The notes beneath the pieces were generated by a model. That model saw only the letters and a list, made by a program, of their open reading frames with translations. It ran no database searches and was not told the origin of the DNA. Positions 11,545-21,504 of a DNA stretch of 64,000 bases are shown piece by piece (position 1 is the first letter of the stretch; each line of letters starts with the position of its first letter). The position numbers and the translations under genes were made by a program. The DNA lies in contig CAWGMQ010000008.1 of NCBI GenBank assembly GCA_963823665.1, positions 1,664,001-1,728,000 of the forward strand. The letters are read 5' to 3'. This DNA is from an uncultured Planctomycetota bacterium. Its GTDB lineage: Bacteria; Planctomycetota; Planctomycetia; Isosphaerales; Isosphaeraceae.

Positions 11545-11566
11545 CTTGGGCCGACGGGGAGTTGCC

Positions 11567-13572
11567 ATGCGAAGAGTGAGCAGCATGATCGTCGTCGCGG
11601 TAGTCGCGGCGTGGCCGGGTTTGATCTCGGCGCAGGAGCGCACGATCGAGGGGGGCCGGTTGAACGGATTGAAGGTGCTTTCGGACAAGGTCGACGACGT
11701 GACGACGGTTGAGAATATCGTCAAGTCGTTCGCCAAGCGGGGAATGAGCGAACAGGATCGGGCCAAAGGCTTGTGGACGGCCATCATCCGGTATCGCCAC
11801 CAGACAACGCCGCCGAACGAGCAGCTCGCCGGCGACTGGGAGGCGCATGACCCGGTGAAGATCTTCAACGTCTACGGGTACTGCATGTGCTGCTGCTGTT
11901 CGGCGCTGGTCGAAGCGCTCAATCGCGAGGACGGGCGGGAGGCACAGGGGCGAATTCTGAACGGGCACAGCGTTCCCGAGGTTCGTTATCGCAATGGCTG
12001 GCACATGTTCGACGGCTCGCTGATCAACTATTTTCCAAGGCCCAAGGACGGTGTGGTGGCGTCGGTCGACGAGGTCGCCGGTGCCGTGGCTGAGTGGTAT
12101 GCCAAGAACCCGGGCTACCAGAAGAACGGTGAGAAGATCTTTCAACTGATGCGGCAGGATGGCTGGGAGGGATGGCGGCTAGCGGGGCCGCCGCTCTTGT
12201 CGAATTGTCCTTTCTATCGAGCGGGCTATCTGCCGGCACGCACGCACGGGTGGGATGCGACGATGGCCGAATACGACCGGAAGAGTGAAGTTTACGAATA
12301 TGGCTACCAGGTCGGCCACCGCGCCTTGTTTTCCTTGCGCCGGGCGAATCGTTCGTGCGTGAGGCGGGCAACCGGGGGCTGCACGTGAACATGGACGTCG
12401 ACCCGAAGTGGGAGGGTCTCAAGGCCAAGGCGCCGGAGAACGACCTGGTTTATGTCAAGGAATATCTGCCGGGATACCGCGGCGGCCTCGTTGCCAATGG
12501 CGTGCACCGTTATGCCCCCGCAGTGGTGAAGGGCGATCTGGAACGAGGAGCGGAGGTGTACGAGAACCTGACTTCGGGCGCCGGATCGGCGATTCGCGCC
12601 AGGGAATCTGGTCGCCCAGGCGTTCTGGTGATTCCTTTGATATCGCCTTACGTGTATCTGGGCGGAAAACTCAAGCTCGTCGCATCGGGCCGCTCGAGCT
12701 TGGATGTACTTAAAGTCTCAATTTCGACGAACAATGGGCGAACGTTCGTGCCGGTCTTTTCCGAAACGCAAGGCAAGCGCCGCACGGCGACAGTCGACCT
12801 CAAGGACAAGATCTTCAGACGTTATGCATACTGGCTTCGGGTCGAGCTTGAAGGTGGCACGGCGCTCGAATCGCTTGAAGTCGAGAATGATTTTCAGCAT
12901 GCCCCGCGGACGGTGCCGTGGCTGGACAAGGGAAAAAACACGATCACGGTTGCGGCGGACCGCGACACGGCGATCGCAACGCGGTCGATTGCCTGCCGGA
13001 TCACTGCGGACCCGGCGTTCAACAAGAATGAGACGAGCACAACGATGGGGGTCGTGTTCGACAACGTTGACGTACGCGGCGATGCGTGCTGGTGGAAGGG
13101 GGGTACGGGCACGATGACGGTGCCGGTTGAGGTGCCGGGCGATCTGGTCAGCCTGAGATTCAGTACGCAGTTTCGGGCGCGGAGCCCGAAGGATCGCATC
13201 CGGGTGACAGCGAGTGCCGACAACGGCCGGGCGTGGCGCGAGGTGGCCGTATTGCAGGGGCCGACTCAAGGCCGGACCGAGCACGTTCGCGCGGAGAAGT
13301 GGCCGGTCAAGACCCGCAAGGTGCTGCTGCGGTTCGAGATGACCGGGAATAATACTGCGGGCGTTCAGAGCTTTCGGATCGACGCCGACTACCACGATCC
13401 GATGGCTGCCCGGGCGCTGCGTCCATTTCGAGTCGTCCATCGGTGGAAAGAGGGTGCTCGCGAGAAGATGCACGCCGAGACGATCGCTCGCTTGCCGGCG
13501 AAGTATACGATTCAGGCGGCGAGCGAGCCGGAGATGGTGTCGGTGGGGTATGAGATGGAGGGGAGCCGGTGA
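11567..13572 (+). CDS. Secreted protein with a transglutaminase-like (Cys-His-Asp) domain, apparent frameshift near 12345
   Basis: Signal peptide, then GYCMCCCCSAL ... GHSVPEVRYRNGWHMFDGS. The second frame (12355-13572) continues with beta-sandwich-like sequence including two S(T/A)xNGRx(F/W) motifs. Confidence 0.55.
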
Positions 13573-13583
13573 GTCTGAACGTG

Positions 13584-14417
13584 CTATTCTTTGAGCGGCA
13601 GGAGCTCGACTTTGCGGAATTCGATGGGGTGGCTTTCTGATTGAAGAGAGATCGTGCCCCCGTGGAGCATTTTGTCGCCGTTCTTGATCAGTTTCTTGCC
13701 TTCGGCGTCCTTGTCGTCGAGCTGGGCTTTTTCGTATTCGATCACCGTCTCGCCGTCGACCATGTGCTTGATCAAGCCATTGCCGTGCACCTCGACATCG
13801 ACCGAAACCCATTCGTCTTGGGGATAGGTCTTGGAGTGAGAATTCGTGCAATGCTGGGTGATGAGCCGGTCGCGCATGACGATGTTTGTTCCGGGTGTGC
13901 AGACGTTGCAGGTCGGGCGCTTGGCCTTACCGTCACCGCCCAGGAACTGCACCTCGATCGAGACGGGAAAGTCCTGGTCTTTTCTCATCGACTCGGGCGA
14001 CTGACCGTGGATCATCACGCCGCTGTTGCGCAAGGCCCAGCTCGGGCCGCCGGGACATTGCTCGCCGACAAAGCGGTATTCGATGTGCAGCTTGTAGTGC
14101 GAGAACGGGGTCTTGTAAAAGAGGTGGCCGAACTTGCCGTCGAATCGGGAGTACTTGTCGTACGAGACTTTCAGAACACCGTCTTCCACGCGGAAGGTGT
14201 TGCCGAAATTGTCGCCTGCTTCGTAGCCGGTGATCTTGGGTTTCCAACCGTCCAGGTCTTTGCCGTTGAAGAGTGGAATCCAGCCGTCCCTTGCGGGCTG
14301 ATCCTGGCCGAGAGCGCGAGACAGCCCAGGTTGGAGGAAGCCCACGGCGATTGAGAGAGCGAGCGAGCCGCTCAGCGCGATGGCGGTGGTTCTTGCATGC
14401 GATGCTCTGTTTGTCAT
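13584..14417 (-). CDS. DUF1080 (3-keto-disaccharide hydrolase family) secreted protein
   Basis: WIPLFNGKDLDGW, RNSGV, SIEVQ, GTISLQSESHPIEFRKVEL. Confidence 0.9.
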   Translation of the reverse strand: MTNRASHARTTAIALSGSLALSIAVGFLQPGLSRALGQDQPARDGWIPLFNGKDLDGWKPKITGYEAGDNFGNTFRVEDGVLKVSYDKYSRFDGKFGHLFYKTPFSHYKLHIEYRFVGEQCPGGPSWALRNSGVMIHGQSPESMRKDQDFPVSIEVQFLGGDGKAKRPTCNVCTPGTNIVMRDRLITQHCTNSHSKTYPQDEWVSVDVEVHGNGLIKHMVDGETVIEYEKAQLDDKDAEGKKLIKNGDKMLHGGTISLQSESHPIEFRKVELLPLKE

Positions 14418-14437
14418 GGTGTTACCTCGATTTGAAA

Positions 14438-14740
14438 TCACAAGCGGGGCGGCGCGGGCTTGATAGGAGCGTCGAATACTTCCGGCGCCTTGTACTGACG
14501 GCCGTCTTGTTTGACGTAGAGGCAGGCTGGTTTCGCGGGATCGTATTGCCGGGGCACGTAGACCCAGTAGTCGCGCACGGTGCCGGGGAAGATCTTGCTG
14601 TGATCGAACGTGTATTTCTTCACTTCACCGCGGGGCGGCGCGTCGCCTGGTTGGAATTCAGCGGCGCGGAGATTCGTGGGGATCGCGAGCACAAGCGGGG
14701 TGAGGAGGTAGGCGAGGAATCGCAGGTAGGATCTTGGCAT
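14438..14740 (-). pseudogene. Truncated N-terminal fragment of an enterochelin-esterase/gluconolactonase-like secreted protein
   Basis: Signal peptide plus PRGEVKKYTFDHSKIFPGTVRDYWVYVPRQYDPAKPACLYVKQDG, then a stop after ~100 aa. There is no room for a catalytic domain before the next gene. Confidence 0.6.
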
Positions 14741-15012
14741 GGATCGATTCCTGGGGGAGGGTGAGCAGGATTTACGATCGATCTGGGGCGGGGATGATTT
14801 TATCCGACGCGGAGACGTGAAGACAGGATGGTGTGGAGGAAGAGTGCGAGCGTCGAACGCGGGCGGGATTGGATGTGAGCAGCCGCTGTATTGAGAATGA
14901 ACCGCAATGGCGGACCCTACGAATTGGGGATTTTCTCGGAGGAAGCATGCACGGCGGAGTGGTCTCGAGGGTTGTGCTTCTGGTAGAGTACAATGATCCA
15001 ACCGACGAGAGT

Positions 15013-15125
15013 CCCTTCGCGGAGCGAAGGGCGACAATGGGGTGGGAACGGGGACGCACTTTCGCGGAGCGAAAGGCGACGATGGGGTGGGAACGCGAAG
15101 GCCCCTTCGCGGAGCGAAGGGCGGC
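15013..15125. repeat. Three tandem REP-like palindromes (C[C/T]TTCGC-GGA-GCGAA[G/A]G-GCG[A/G]C), period ~45 bp
   Basis: Hairpin copies at ~15013, ~15059 and ~15103, separated by near-identical linkers (ATGGGGTGGGAACG...). Confidence 0.8.
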
Positions 15126-15158
15126 ACTGCGTGGATGTTTAGAGTGCTGGAGGTTTCG

Positions 15159-16232
15159 ATGTTCGGTTTCTTGACGGTTCTCGCGCTTCAGATCGCCTCG
15201 GGCGGAGCGAGCAAGGACGATCCCAAGATTTCGGATGTCGACTTCCGGGCATATTTCGACGCGGCACGCGCGGGGAAGTTGACGATCCCAGACGAAGCGA
15301 TTGAAGAAGCGCGGCGCTATCGGTATGTATTTGTCGGCGGATTTCATAACGAACGGCTGCCTGGTTATTTTGCGCAGAATGCGCGGGAGCTTCGCGCGAA
15401 GGGAGTGCCGAAGGAGGCAGTCCATTTTATATTCCCAAGCTCGCACCACTCCGTGGCAGGCAATGCGCGGGTTGTGCGCGAACAGTTTGAGGAGATTGCT
15501 GGCGCGGGCCGCGAAAAACTGGTCATCATCGCGCATAGCCGGGGGTCGTGCGACACCTTGGCGTTTGCTTTGCAAAACCCTGAGTTCGTCGCCGAGCACA
15601 TCCACGCTTTATTCTTGATTCAAGGTCCTTTTGGCGGGACTGCGCTGGCTGACTATGTGGTGGGCGAAGGACCGCCGATGGACCGGCGAATGCCGCTGGG
15701 ATACCGCGTTGCCGGGCATACGCTGGCGAACATCGAAGGCTTCATGCTCGATCACGGCAAGCACGGCGGACTGGCGTCGCTAGCACGACGAGCTTCGAAG
15801 GAGTTCTGGGAGGACATGCTCAAGGAGAGCTCGGCGGCGATACCGATCGTAAGCCCCAAGACTTTTTACATCACAAGCGAGATCCCAGCTTCAGGGCATC
15901 GGTTGTTCCAGCGTCCGATCGCATCGTATCTGGAAGTCCATTTCGGAGAGAATGACGGGGTGGTGGCGCTCGAGGACCAGAATCTCGCGGGTATCGGCAA
16001 GGTACTCGCCGTGCTCGATGCCGGGCACACGGATCTCACGAACCGCTTCCCGTCGGGTCGCGCTGCGCAACGGATGAGGAAAGCGATCGTCGACGCGATC
16101 ATCATGAGCGTCGGAGAAGAAAAGGCGGCGCAGTCGCGGGAACGGAAGGATCTACCGGAGACGGGATCGGGTGGCGAACGAACGATCGGCCAGGGCCGAT
16201 CCCGAGGACTTTTCAATATTGGTCGGCGCTAA
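15159..16232 (+). CDS. Secreted alpha/beta-hydrolase (lipase/esterase-like)
   Basis: GGAGG RBS before ATG 15159. Nucleophile elbow IIAHSRG, QGPFGGT, ENDGVV, and GH motif. Confidence 0.75.
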   Translation: MFGFLTVLALQIASGGASKDDPKISDVDFRAYFDAARAGKLTIPDEAIEEARRYRYVFVGGFHNERLPGYFAQNARELRAKGVPKEAVHFIFPSSHHSVAGNARVVREQFEEIAGAGREKLVIIAHSRGSCDTLAFALQNPEFVAEHIHALFLIQGPFGGTALADYVVGEGPPMDRRMPLGYRVAGHTLANIEGFMLDHGKHGGLASLARRASKEFWEDMLKESSAAIPIVSPKTFYITSEIPASGHRLFQRPIASYLEVHFGENDGVVALEDQNLAGIGKVLAVLDAGHTDLTNRFPSGRAAQRMRKAIVDAIIMSVGEEKAAQSRERKDLPETGSGGERTIGQGRSRGLFNIGRR

Positions 16233-17427
16233 CGATTTCAGCGCCGGAGCGGGTCGACAGCGCCTGGTAGACTCCCATGGGCGGTCCGGCGGTGAACAGG
16301 CCGGTCGAGGAGTTGTACGAGACGTTGGTCGGTGCACCGTTCGCCGGATTAAACGGCCAGGTGTTGACCGAATCCTTGATGAAGCGGACCGAGCCGTCCA
16401 GGAAGGCGAAGTTGCAGCCGCCGGGATGATAGCTCGAGGCGGCGATGGAAAAGTTGTCTTCCTGGGCGTCGTAGCTGTAGAAATAGTCGCTGCCGGGATC
16501 GTCGCCGATGCGGCCGAACGGGTTCATGGGATAGAGTGCGGTGAAGAGTGTGTCGCCGAAGTTCCCAGAAATCCAGGCACCGTTATACAAGTAGTCGATT
16601 GAATAATTGACGTCGGGTGTCTGACTGAACTTGCCGTGGGCTTTCTCGCCGAAGGCGAAGGTGTTGCTCAGGCCATCAGTAACCGAGGCGAGCGTTGCCG
16701 GGCGCACGCTGCCGGGATTGAGGGGGGCGATCGGGTTGGGTGCGACGGGCGGGTTTGCGTCGGGCCATCCGAGGTAGAAGAAGACGCCGTTGGCCTGGTT
16801 GAGGATGGCGAGATGCTGGGCAGGGGAGGTGATCGAAATCGGCACCTTGCAGAAGGTTCCCATGTTGCCAGCGTAGCTCGTGTAGGTCAGGACCTGCGTG
16901 GAACCGTCCCAGCCCCAGCCGGCGAAGGGGACATGGAGGCCGGCGATCGACGCGTCGGACGGACACCACAGGACGCTCAGGCCGACCGCGCCGACGGTTG
17001 CGTTGTCAGCGGTCCAGTTGATCAAGCTGTAGTTGTATGCGTTTGCCATGGTCTGCTGTTCGAAGAAGGGGAGCATCCGGGCGAAGATGCTGCTGCCGAC
17101 GTAATAACCGTTCGGACTGTACAGGCAATTGGGCCCGCAATTCTCTCGAGCCATTCCGTAGGGATAGCTGCCGTTACCACTCTCATAATTTGCCAGCGCG
17201 AGCGCGAGCTGCTTCAGGTTATTAACGCACTGAGCGCGGCGAGCGGCCTCACGCGCTGACTGGACTGCCGGCAGCAGAAGGGCAATCAAAACGGCGATGA
17301 TGGCGATCACCACCAGGAGCTCGATCAGGGTGAAGCCACCGCTACGGTGCGATCGGCCGCGGCGCGATCGCCCGCAGCGGTGACGGTTCTTGGTGAGAGA
17401 GCTGTTGAGCTCGAGTGAGATAGTCAT
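16213..17427 (-). CDS. DUF1559 (SBP_bac_10) prepilin-type N-terminal cleavage/methylation domain protein
   Basis: GFTLIELLVVIAIIAVLIALLLPAVQSAREAARRAQCVNNLKQ; VTDGLSNT; C-terminal H-X9-DG motif HPGGCNFAFLDGSVRF. Confidence 0.95.
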   Translation of the reverse strand: MTISLELNSSLTKNRHRCGRSRRGRSHRSGGFTLIELLVVIAIIAVLIALLLPAVQSAREAARRAQCVNNLKQLALALANYESGNGSYPYGMARENCGPNCLYSPNGYYVGSSIFARMLPFFEQQTMANAYNYSLINWTADNATVGAVGLSVLWCPSDASIAGLHVPFAGWGWDGSTQVLTYTSYAGNMGTFCKVPISITSPAQHLAILNQANGVFFYLGWPDANPPVAPNPIAPLNPGSVRPATLASVTDGLSNTFAFGEKAHGKFSQTPDVNYSIDYLYNGAWISGNFGDTLFTALYPMNPFGRIGDDPGSDYFYSYDAQEDNFSIAASSYHPGGCNFAFLDGSVRFIKDSVNTWPFNPANGAPTNVSYNSSTGLFTAGPPMGVYQALSTRSGAEIVSADQY

Positions 17428-17457
17428 TCGACTTGCTCCTTGATGATGAGATCGTGA

Positions 17458-17688
17458 TCAGCGCCCGGGGGCGCGGCCCTTGGCGGGAGCCGCGCCCGCC
17501 CGTGATGACCTGGCCGTTCCGGGCGTCACGTCGACTTTCCTCTGGATGATCGCTTTCCTGGATTGATCGGGAATCTCGCTCGGGGTGGTCGACGAGCCGC
17601 AACCGGCAATCGGAATGATGATGACGGCGAACGAGGCGATGCCGCGCGAGAAGTTGAAACGCGAGAGAGCCCGTCTTCTTCGCCACAT
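17458..17688 (-). CDS. Small putative lipoprotein co-transcribed with the DUF1559 gene
   Basis: Basic N-terminus, hydrophobic stretch and lipobox IAGC. Ends 30 bp before the DUF1559 start, whose RBS (AAGGAG) lies in the gap. Confidence 0.6.
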   Translation of the reverse strand: MWRRRRALSRFNFSRGIASFAVIIIPIAGCGSSTTPSEIPDQSRKAIIQRKVDVTPGTARSSRAGAAPAKGRAPGR

Positions 17689-17941
17689 GGTTCGTTTCCG
17701 GCTGGAGATTCGTTGGTCCGCCCTGGCGCAGAGGCAGCGTCCGGGGGCGGGAGCGATTCATTGGTGACGCGCGAGCGATGAAAGCTCGAGTCGCCGGGAG
17801 GAGAGCGGCGCATGTCGATGGCGAAACCGGTTTGCCGGATTCGGGCATCGAGCAGACCACAACCCACTGGCGGCGGAAGCCTATGCGCGTGCGTGGACGT
17901 TCAATGTCAGTTCGTAACGTAGAATCAAGGTTTGATCAGGG

Positions 17942-17963
17942 CACGCCCTTCCCGCGAGGGCGT
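17942..17963 (-). promoter_or_regulatory. GC-rich hairpin just downstream of the riboswitch aptamer (candidate expression-platform element)
   Basis: Inverted repeat CACGCCCT-N-AGGGCGTG. It lacks a long U tract, so a terminator role is uncertain. Confidence 0.4.
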
Positions 17964-17976
17964 GAACCGTATGGAT

Positions 17977-18172
17977 GCGGGTAGGTCTTCGGACTCCCGA
18001 GCTGAGGTGTCAGGCCTTCTCATCGGGCCGCCCGCAATGGGACGGACCAACAATGGCAACAAGAGGGGTAACACCCGTAAGCGCTCGGTCACCGCGGCGG
18101 GGCCGTTCCGGATTCACACCGGATTCCCTGTTCGCCGGCTTCGGCAGGCTGCCGGGCCGGCCACCAGCATCT
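17977..18172 (-). ncRNA. Cobalamin (B12) riboswitch
   Basis: The minus strand reads ..GAACAGGGAAUCCGGUGUGAAUCCGGAACGGCCCCGCCGCGGUGA.. and ends in a B12-box GGGAGUCCGAAGACCUACCCGC, matching the cobalamin riboswitch consensus. Confidence 0.9.
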
Positions 18173-18186
18173 CGTGACGTGAGGGA

Positions 18187-18216
18187 ATCATAGCGGGCCG
18201 CGCTGAACTTCGTCAA
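18187..18216 (-). promoter_or_regulatory. Sigma70-type promoter for the riboswitch/lipoprotein/DUF1559 transcript
   Basis: Minus strand TTGACG (18216-18211), 18-nt spacer, TATGAT (18192-18187). The predicted TSS at ~18180 is just 5' of the aptamer. Confidence 0.7.
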
Positions 18217-18336
18217 GATAGAGCTCTGGGATGAGTGGCTTGCCCGAAAAGCAGCCACGAACGAAGAAACACTGTCCCCGGAAGTGTTCATCGACGAGTT
18301 GGCGAAGAAATCGCCGGCCGAACCGGAGCAGAAGCC

Positions 18337-21300
18337 GTGAGCGAAGAGTCGTTATTCCAGAAAGCGCTCTCACGAGCACCCGAAGAGCACGCGGTCTTGC
18401 TGGAGCTGGCGTGCGCAGGGCGGCCCGAGCTGCTGGCGGCCGTCGAGGCAATTCTTGCGGCCCACAACATGGCGGGCGACGTACTCGACAGGCCCCCGAA
18501 CGATCCGGCTCGGACCGAGCTTTCTGGCTGTGGTCTGTGTCAACCGGGCGAAAGTGTTCTTCGAACCACGAGCCGTGAGGAAACTTCGCTGGCCGCGGCA
18601 GCGACCGCCGAAATTCGCCCGACGTCGGAGGCCGGCATGGTCATCGCCGGGCGTTACACGCTTCAAGAAAAGATCGGTGAAGGCGGCATGGGCGAGGTCT
18701 GGGTTGCCAAGCAGACCGAGCCCGTCAAGCGCAACGTGGCGCTCAAGCTAATCAAGTCGGGCATGGATTCGAAGGCCGTGCTGCAACGCTTCGAGCAAGA
18801 GCGGCAGGCGCTGGCGATGATGGATCATCCCCAGATCGCGCGCGTGCTCGATGGGGGCCTGACGCCGACCGGCCAGCCGTTCTTCGTCATGGAGCTGGTG
18901 AGCGGGCTGCCGCTCAACAAATTCTGCGACGAGTCTCGGCTCTCGACGCGAGAGCGGCTGGGGCTCTTCGTGCCGATCTGCCAGGCGGTGCAGCATGCGC
19001 ATCAGAAGGGCATCGTCCACCGCGACTTGAAGCCAGCGAACATCCTGGTGACCATCATTGACGGCAAGCCGATTCCCAAAGTCATCGACTTCGGCGTGGC
19101 CAAGGCGATCGCCGGCAAGCTGACCGATGAATCGATGTCGACGCAGTTCGGCCTGGTGCTGGGCACGCTCGAATACATGTCGCCGGAACAGGCGGCGTTC
19201 TCGGGCGAGGACATCGATACCCGGGCTGACATCTACTCGCTGGGAGTGATCCTGTACGGGCTGCTGACCGGTCTGCGCCCGATCGACGCCGAGCGTCTCA
19301 GGGAGGCCAGTCTCGCGGAGATGATCCGCATCATCCGGGAAGAAGAGCCATCGAAGCCAAGCACGCGCCTTTCGAACGAGGAATCACTGCCGTCCATCGC
19401 GGCCTTGCGAGGAACCGAACCGCGGAAGTTGATCACGGCGTTGAGCGGCGAGCTCGACTGGGTGGTGATGAAGTGCCTGGAGAAGCAGCGCGAACGGCGT
19501 TACGCGACGGCGAATTCTCTGGCACGCGACATCGAGCGCTACCTGGCCGACGAACCTGTGGAAGCGCGGCCGCCGTCAGCAAGCTATCGCCTGCGAAAAT
19601 TTCTCAAGCGCAACAAGGGTTCGGTCATCGCGGCGAGTCTACTGCTCCTGGCTTTGCTCGGTGGCATTGCGGGGACGACCTTTGGATTGATCCGGGCCGA
19701 GAAGGCTCGTTCCGCCGCGGCGGAAAAAGCCGAAGGAGAGCGGCTGGCCAGGCTGCAGGCTCTGGCAGAGCGGGAAAAGGCGGTCGCGGCCCAGAAAGCC
19801 GAAGCGCAGCAGCGTGCTCAGGCGATCGTCGAGCGCGACAAGGCGGTCGCGGCCGAAACGAAATCGAATGCGATCAACGAGTTCCTGGCTGAAGACCTGC
19901 TGAGGCAGGCCGAGCCCTCGAATAACGCACCCGAGGACCATGTGACGCTCGTTGAGGTGCTCGACCGTGCGGCCGAGAAGGTCGGCAAACGGTTCGCGGA
20001 ACAGCCTGATCTCGAACGAACCCTGCGTGCAACGATCGCGTCGGCGTACCATGGACTCGCTTACTGGGAGAAGGCGGAGAAGCAGTGGCGGTCGCTGCGC
20101 GATGCAGCGTGGCGGCGTAATCCACAATCTCCCCAATTCTACTTCTGCGAGGGGCAGCTTGCTCATATCCTGAGGCACCGGGGCCGGCGCGACGCCGAGG
20201 TCATGAAGATGGCAGAAACGGCCGCTCGTGGACTCGAGCGCACGGTGGGCAAGGACCACCGCACAACTCTGCAAATCCTCGGACTCCTCGCCGTAGCGTA
20301 CCGGGAGGACGGCAAACTCGCCGAGGCGATCTCGCTGCTCGAACGCGTCCTCAACGCCTCGATCTCCGAACTTGGACTGGACCACGCACACACCGTCACC
20401 GCGCGTGGCAACCTTGCCGTGGCGTACTATAGAGCAGGGCAGCACGAGAAATCCGTGCCGATGTTCGAAGACCTGCTCGAGCGCAAAGAGACCACGCTGG
20501 GCCGCAAGCACCCGGACACGCAGTTGACGGTGGGCAACCTCGGAGCCAACTACATCGAAGTCGGCCGGCTCAAAGAGGCAGTTGCATTGCTCGAAGAGGT
20601 CGCCGACTCCGCGCACAAGTACCCGAGCCTTCGCGTGTTTGGTGTTTACCTCGCCGATGCCTACGTGAAATCCGGCAGGCTCAGCGAGGCGATCGCGCTT
20701 GACGAGCGCTTCCGTGACGCCCAGCAGGCCACGCTCGACGCCGACAACCCCAGCGCTTTAGCCACGCTCAACAATCTTGCCGTAGCTTACTGGAATGCGA
20801 AACGACTCGACAAATCCGTACCCTTGTTCGAAGACGTCCTCAAGCGGAGAGAGGCCAAGCTTGGCCGCCCGCACCCGGAGACGCAGGCGACGGTGGGAAA
20901 CCTCGGCGTCAACTACAAGGATTCCGGCCGGCTCGACCGGGCAATTCCGCTGCTCGAGGAGGCCTACCACTCGAGACGCACGTTCCCGACCCTTCGCAGC
21001 TTTGGGCCTCCGCTCGCCCAAGCCTACGGGAAGGCCGGCCGGTCGGCCGAGGCCATGAAGGTGGCTCAAGAGTTCCTGGCCGAAACCCGCAAGACCTCGC
21101 CGAAGGACAGCCCTCGACTCGCTGTTGCCCTGGTGCAGATCAGCGTTGTGCTGCTGGAAGTCAAAGCCTATGGCGACGCTGAGCGGGTCCTCCGCGAATG
21201 CCTGGCGATCCGCGAGAAGACGGAGCCCGATTTCTGGACCACGTTCAACACGAAAGCGATGCTGGGCAACGCGCTCTTGCACCAGAAAAAGTACGCCGGC

Positions 21301-21501
21301 GCCGAGTTGCTGCTCGAGGCCGGCTATCTCGGAATGAAAGAACGGTTTGGAACGCTCCCTCCGAAGGCAAAGGACCAGATGGCGGTCGCCCTGCGACAAC
21401 TCGTCGAGCTCTACGAGGCCACCGACAGGTCCGCTTTAGCCGCCAAGTGGCGGAAGACACTGGAAGATCACACGTCGGCCGCGAAGCCGCTGGAGAAATA
21501 G
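18337..21501 (+). CDS. Hanks-type Ser/Thr protein kinase with TM segment and C-terminal TPR repeats
   Basis: GEGGMGEV, VALKLIK, HRDLKPAN, VIDFG, YMSPEQ, and repeated LGxxHPxT..NLAxxY TPR units. GTG start after a GGAG RBS. Confidence 0.93.
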   Translation: MSEESLFQKALSRAPEEHAVLLELACAGRPELLAAVEAILAAHNMAGDVLDRPPNDPARTELSGCGLCQPGESVLRTTSREETSLAAAATAEIRPTSEAGMVIAGRYTLQEKIGEGGMGEVWVAKQTEPVKRNVALKLIKSGMDSKAVLQRFEQERQALAMMDHPQIARVLDGGLTPTGQPFFVMELVSGLPLNKFCDESRLSTRERLGLFVPICQAVQHAHQKGIVHRDLKPANILVTIIDGKPIPKVIDFGVAKAIAGKLTDESMSTQFGLVLGTLEYMSPEQAAFSGEDIDTRADIYSLGVILYGLLTGLRPIDAERLREASLAEMIRIIREEEPSKPSTRLSNEESLPSIAALRGTEPRKLITALSGELDWVVMKCLEKQRERRYATANSLARDIERYLADEPVEARPPSASYRLRKFLKRNKGSVIAASLLLLALLGGIAGTTFGLIRAEKARSAAAEKAEGERLARLQALAEREKAVAAQKAEAQQRAQAIVERDKAVAAETKSNAINEFLAEDLLRQAEPSNNAPEDHVTLVEVLDRAAEKVGKRFAEQPDLERTLRATIASAYHGLAYWEKAEKQWRSLRDAAWRRNPQSPQFYFCEGQLAHILRHRGRRDAEVMKMAETAARGLERTVGKDHRTTLQILGLLAVAYREDGKLAEAISLLERVLNASISELGLDHAHTVTARGNLAVAYYRAGQHEKSVPMFEDLLERKETTLGRKHPDTQLTVGNLGANYIEVGRLKEAVALLEEVADSAHKYPSLRVFGVYLADAYVKSGRLSEAIALDERFRDAQQATLDADNPSALATLNNLAVAYWNAKRLDKSVPLFEDVLKRREAKLGRPHPETQATVGNLGVNYKDSGRLDRAIPLLEEAYHSRRTFPTLRSFGPPLAQAYGKAGRSAEAMKVAQEFLAETRKTSPKDSPRLAVALVQISVVLLEVKAYGDAERVLRECLAIREKTEPDFWTTFNTKAMLGNALLHQKKYAGAELLLEAGYLGMKERFGTLPPKAKDQMAVALRQLVELYEATDRSALAAKWRKTLEDHTSAAKPLEK

Positions 21502-21504
21502 CCA

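Noticed and set aside
15013..15125. Possible mini CRISPR array
   Set aside because: Only three units, the 'spacers' are nearly identical to each other and short, and there are no cas genes in the window. Better explained as a REP-like tandem repeat.
17342..17860. 172-aa ORF directly behind the riboswitch
   Set aside because: Low-complexity Arg/Pro/Ser-rich translation that overlaps the better-supported lipoprotein and DUF1559 genes in another frame.
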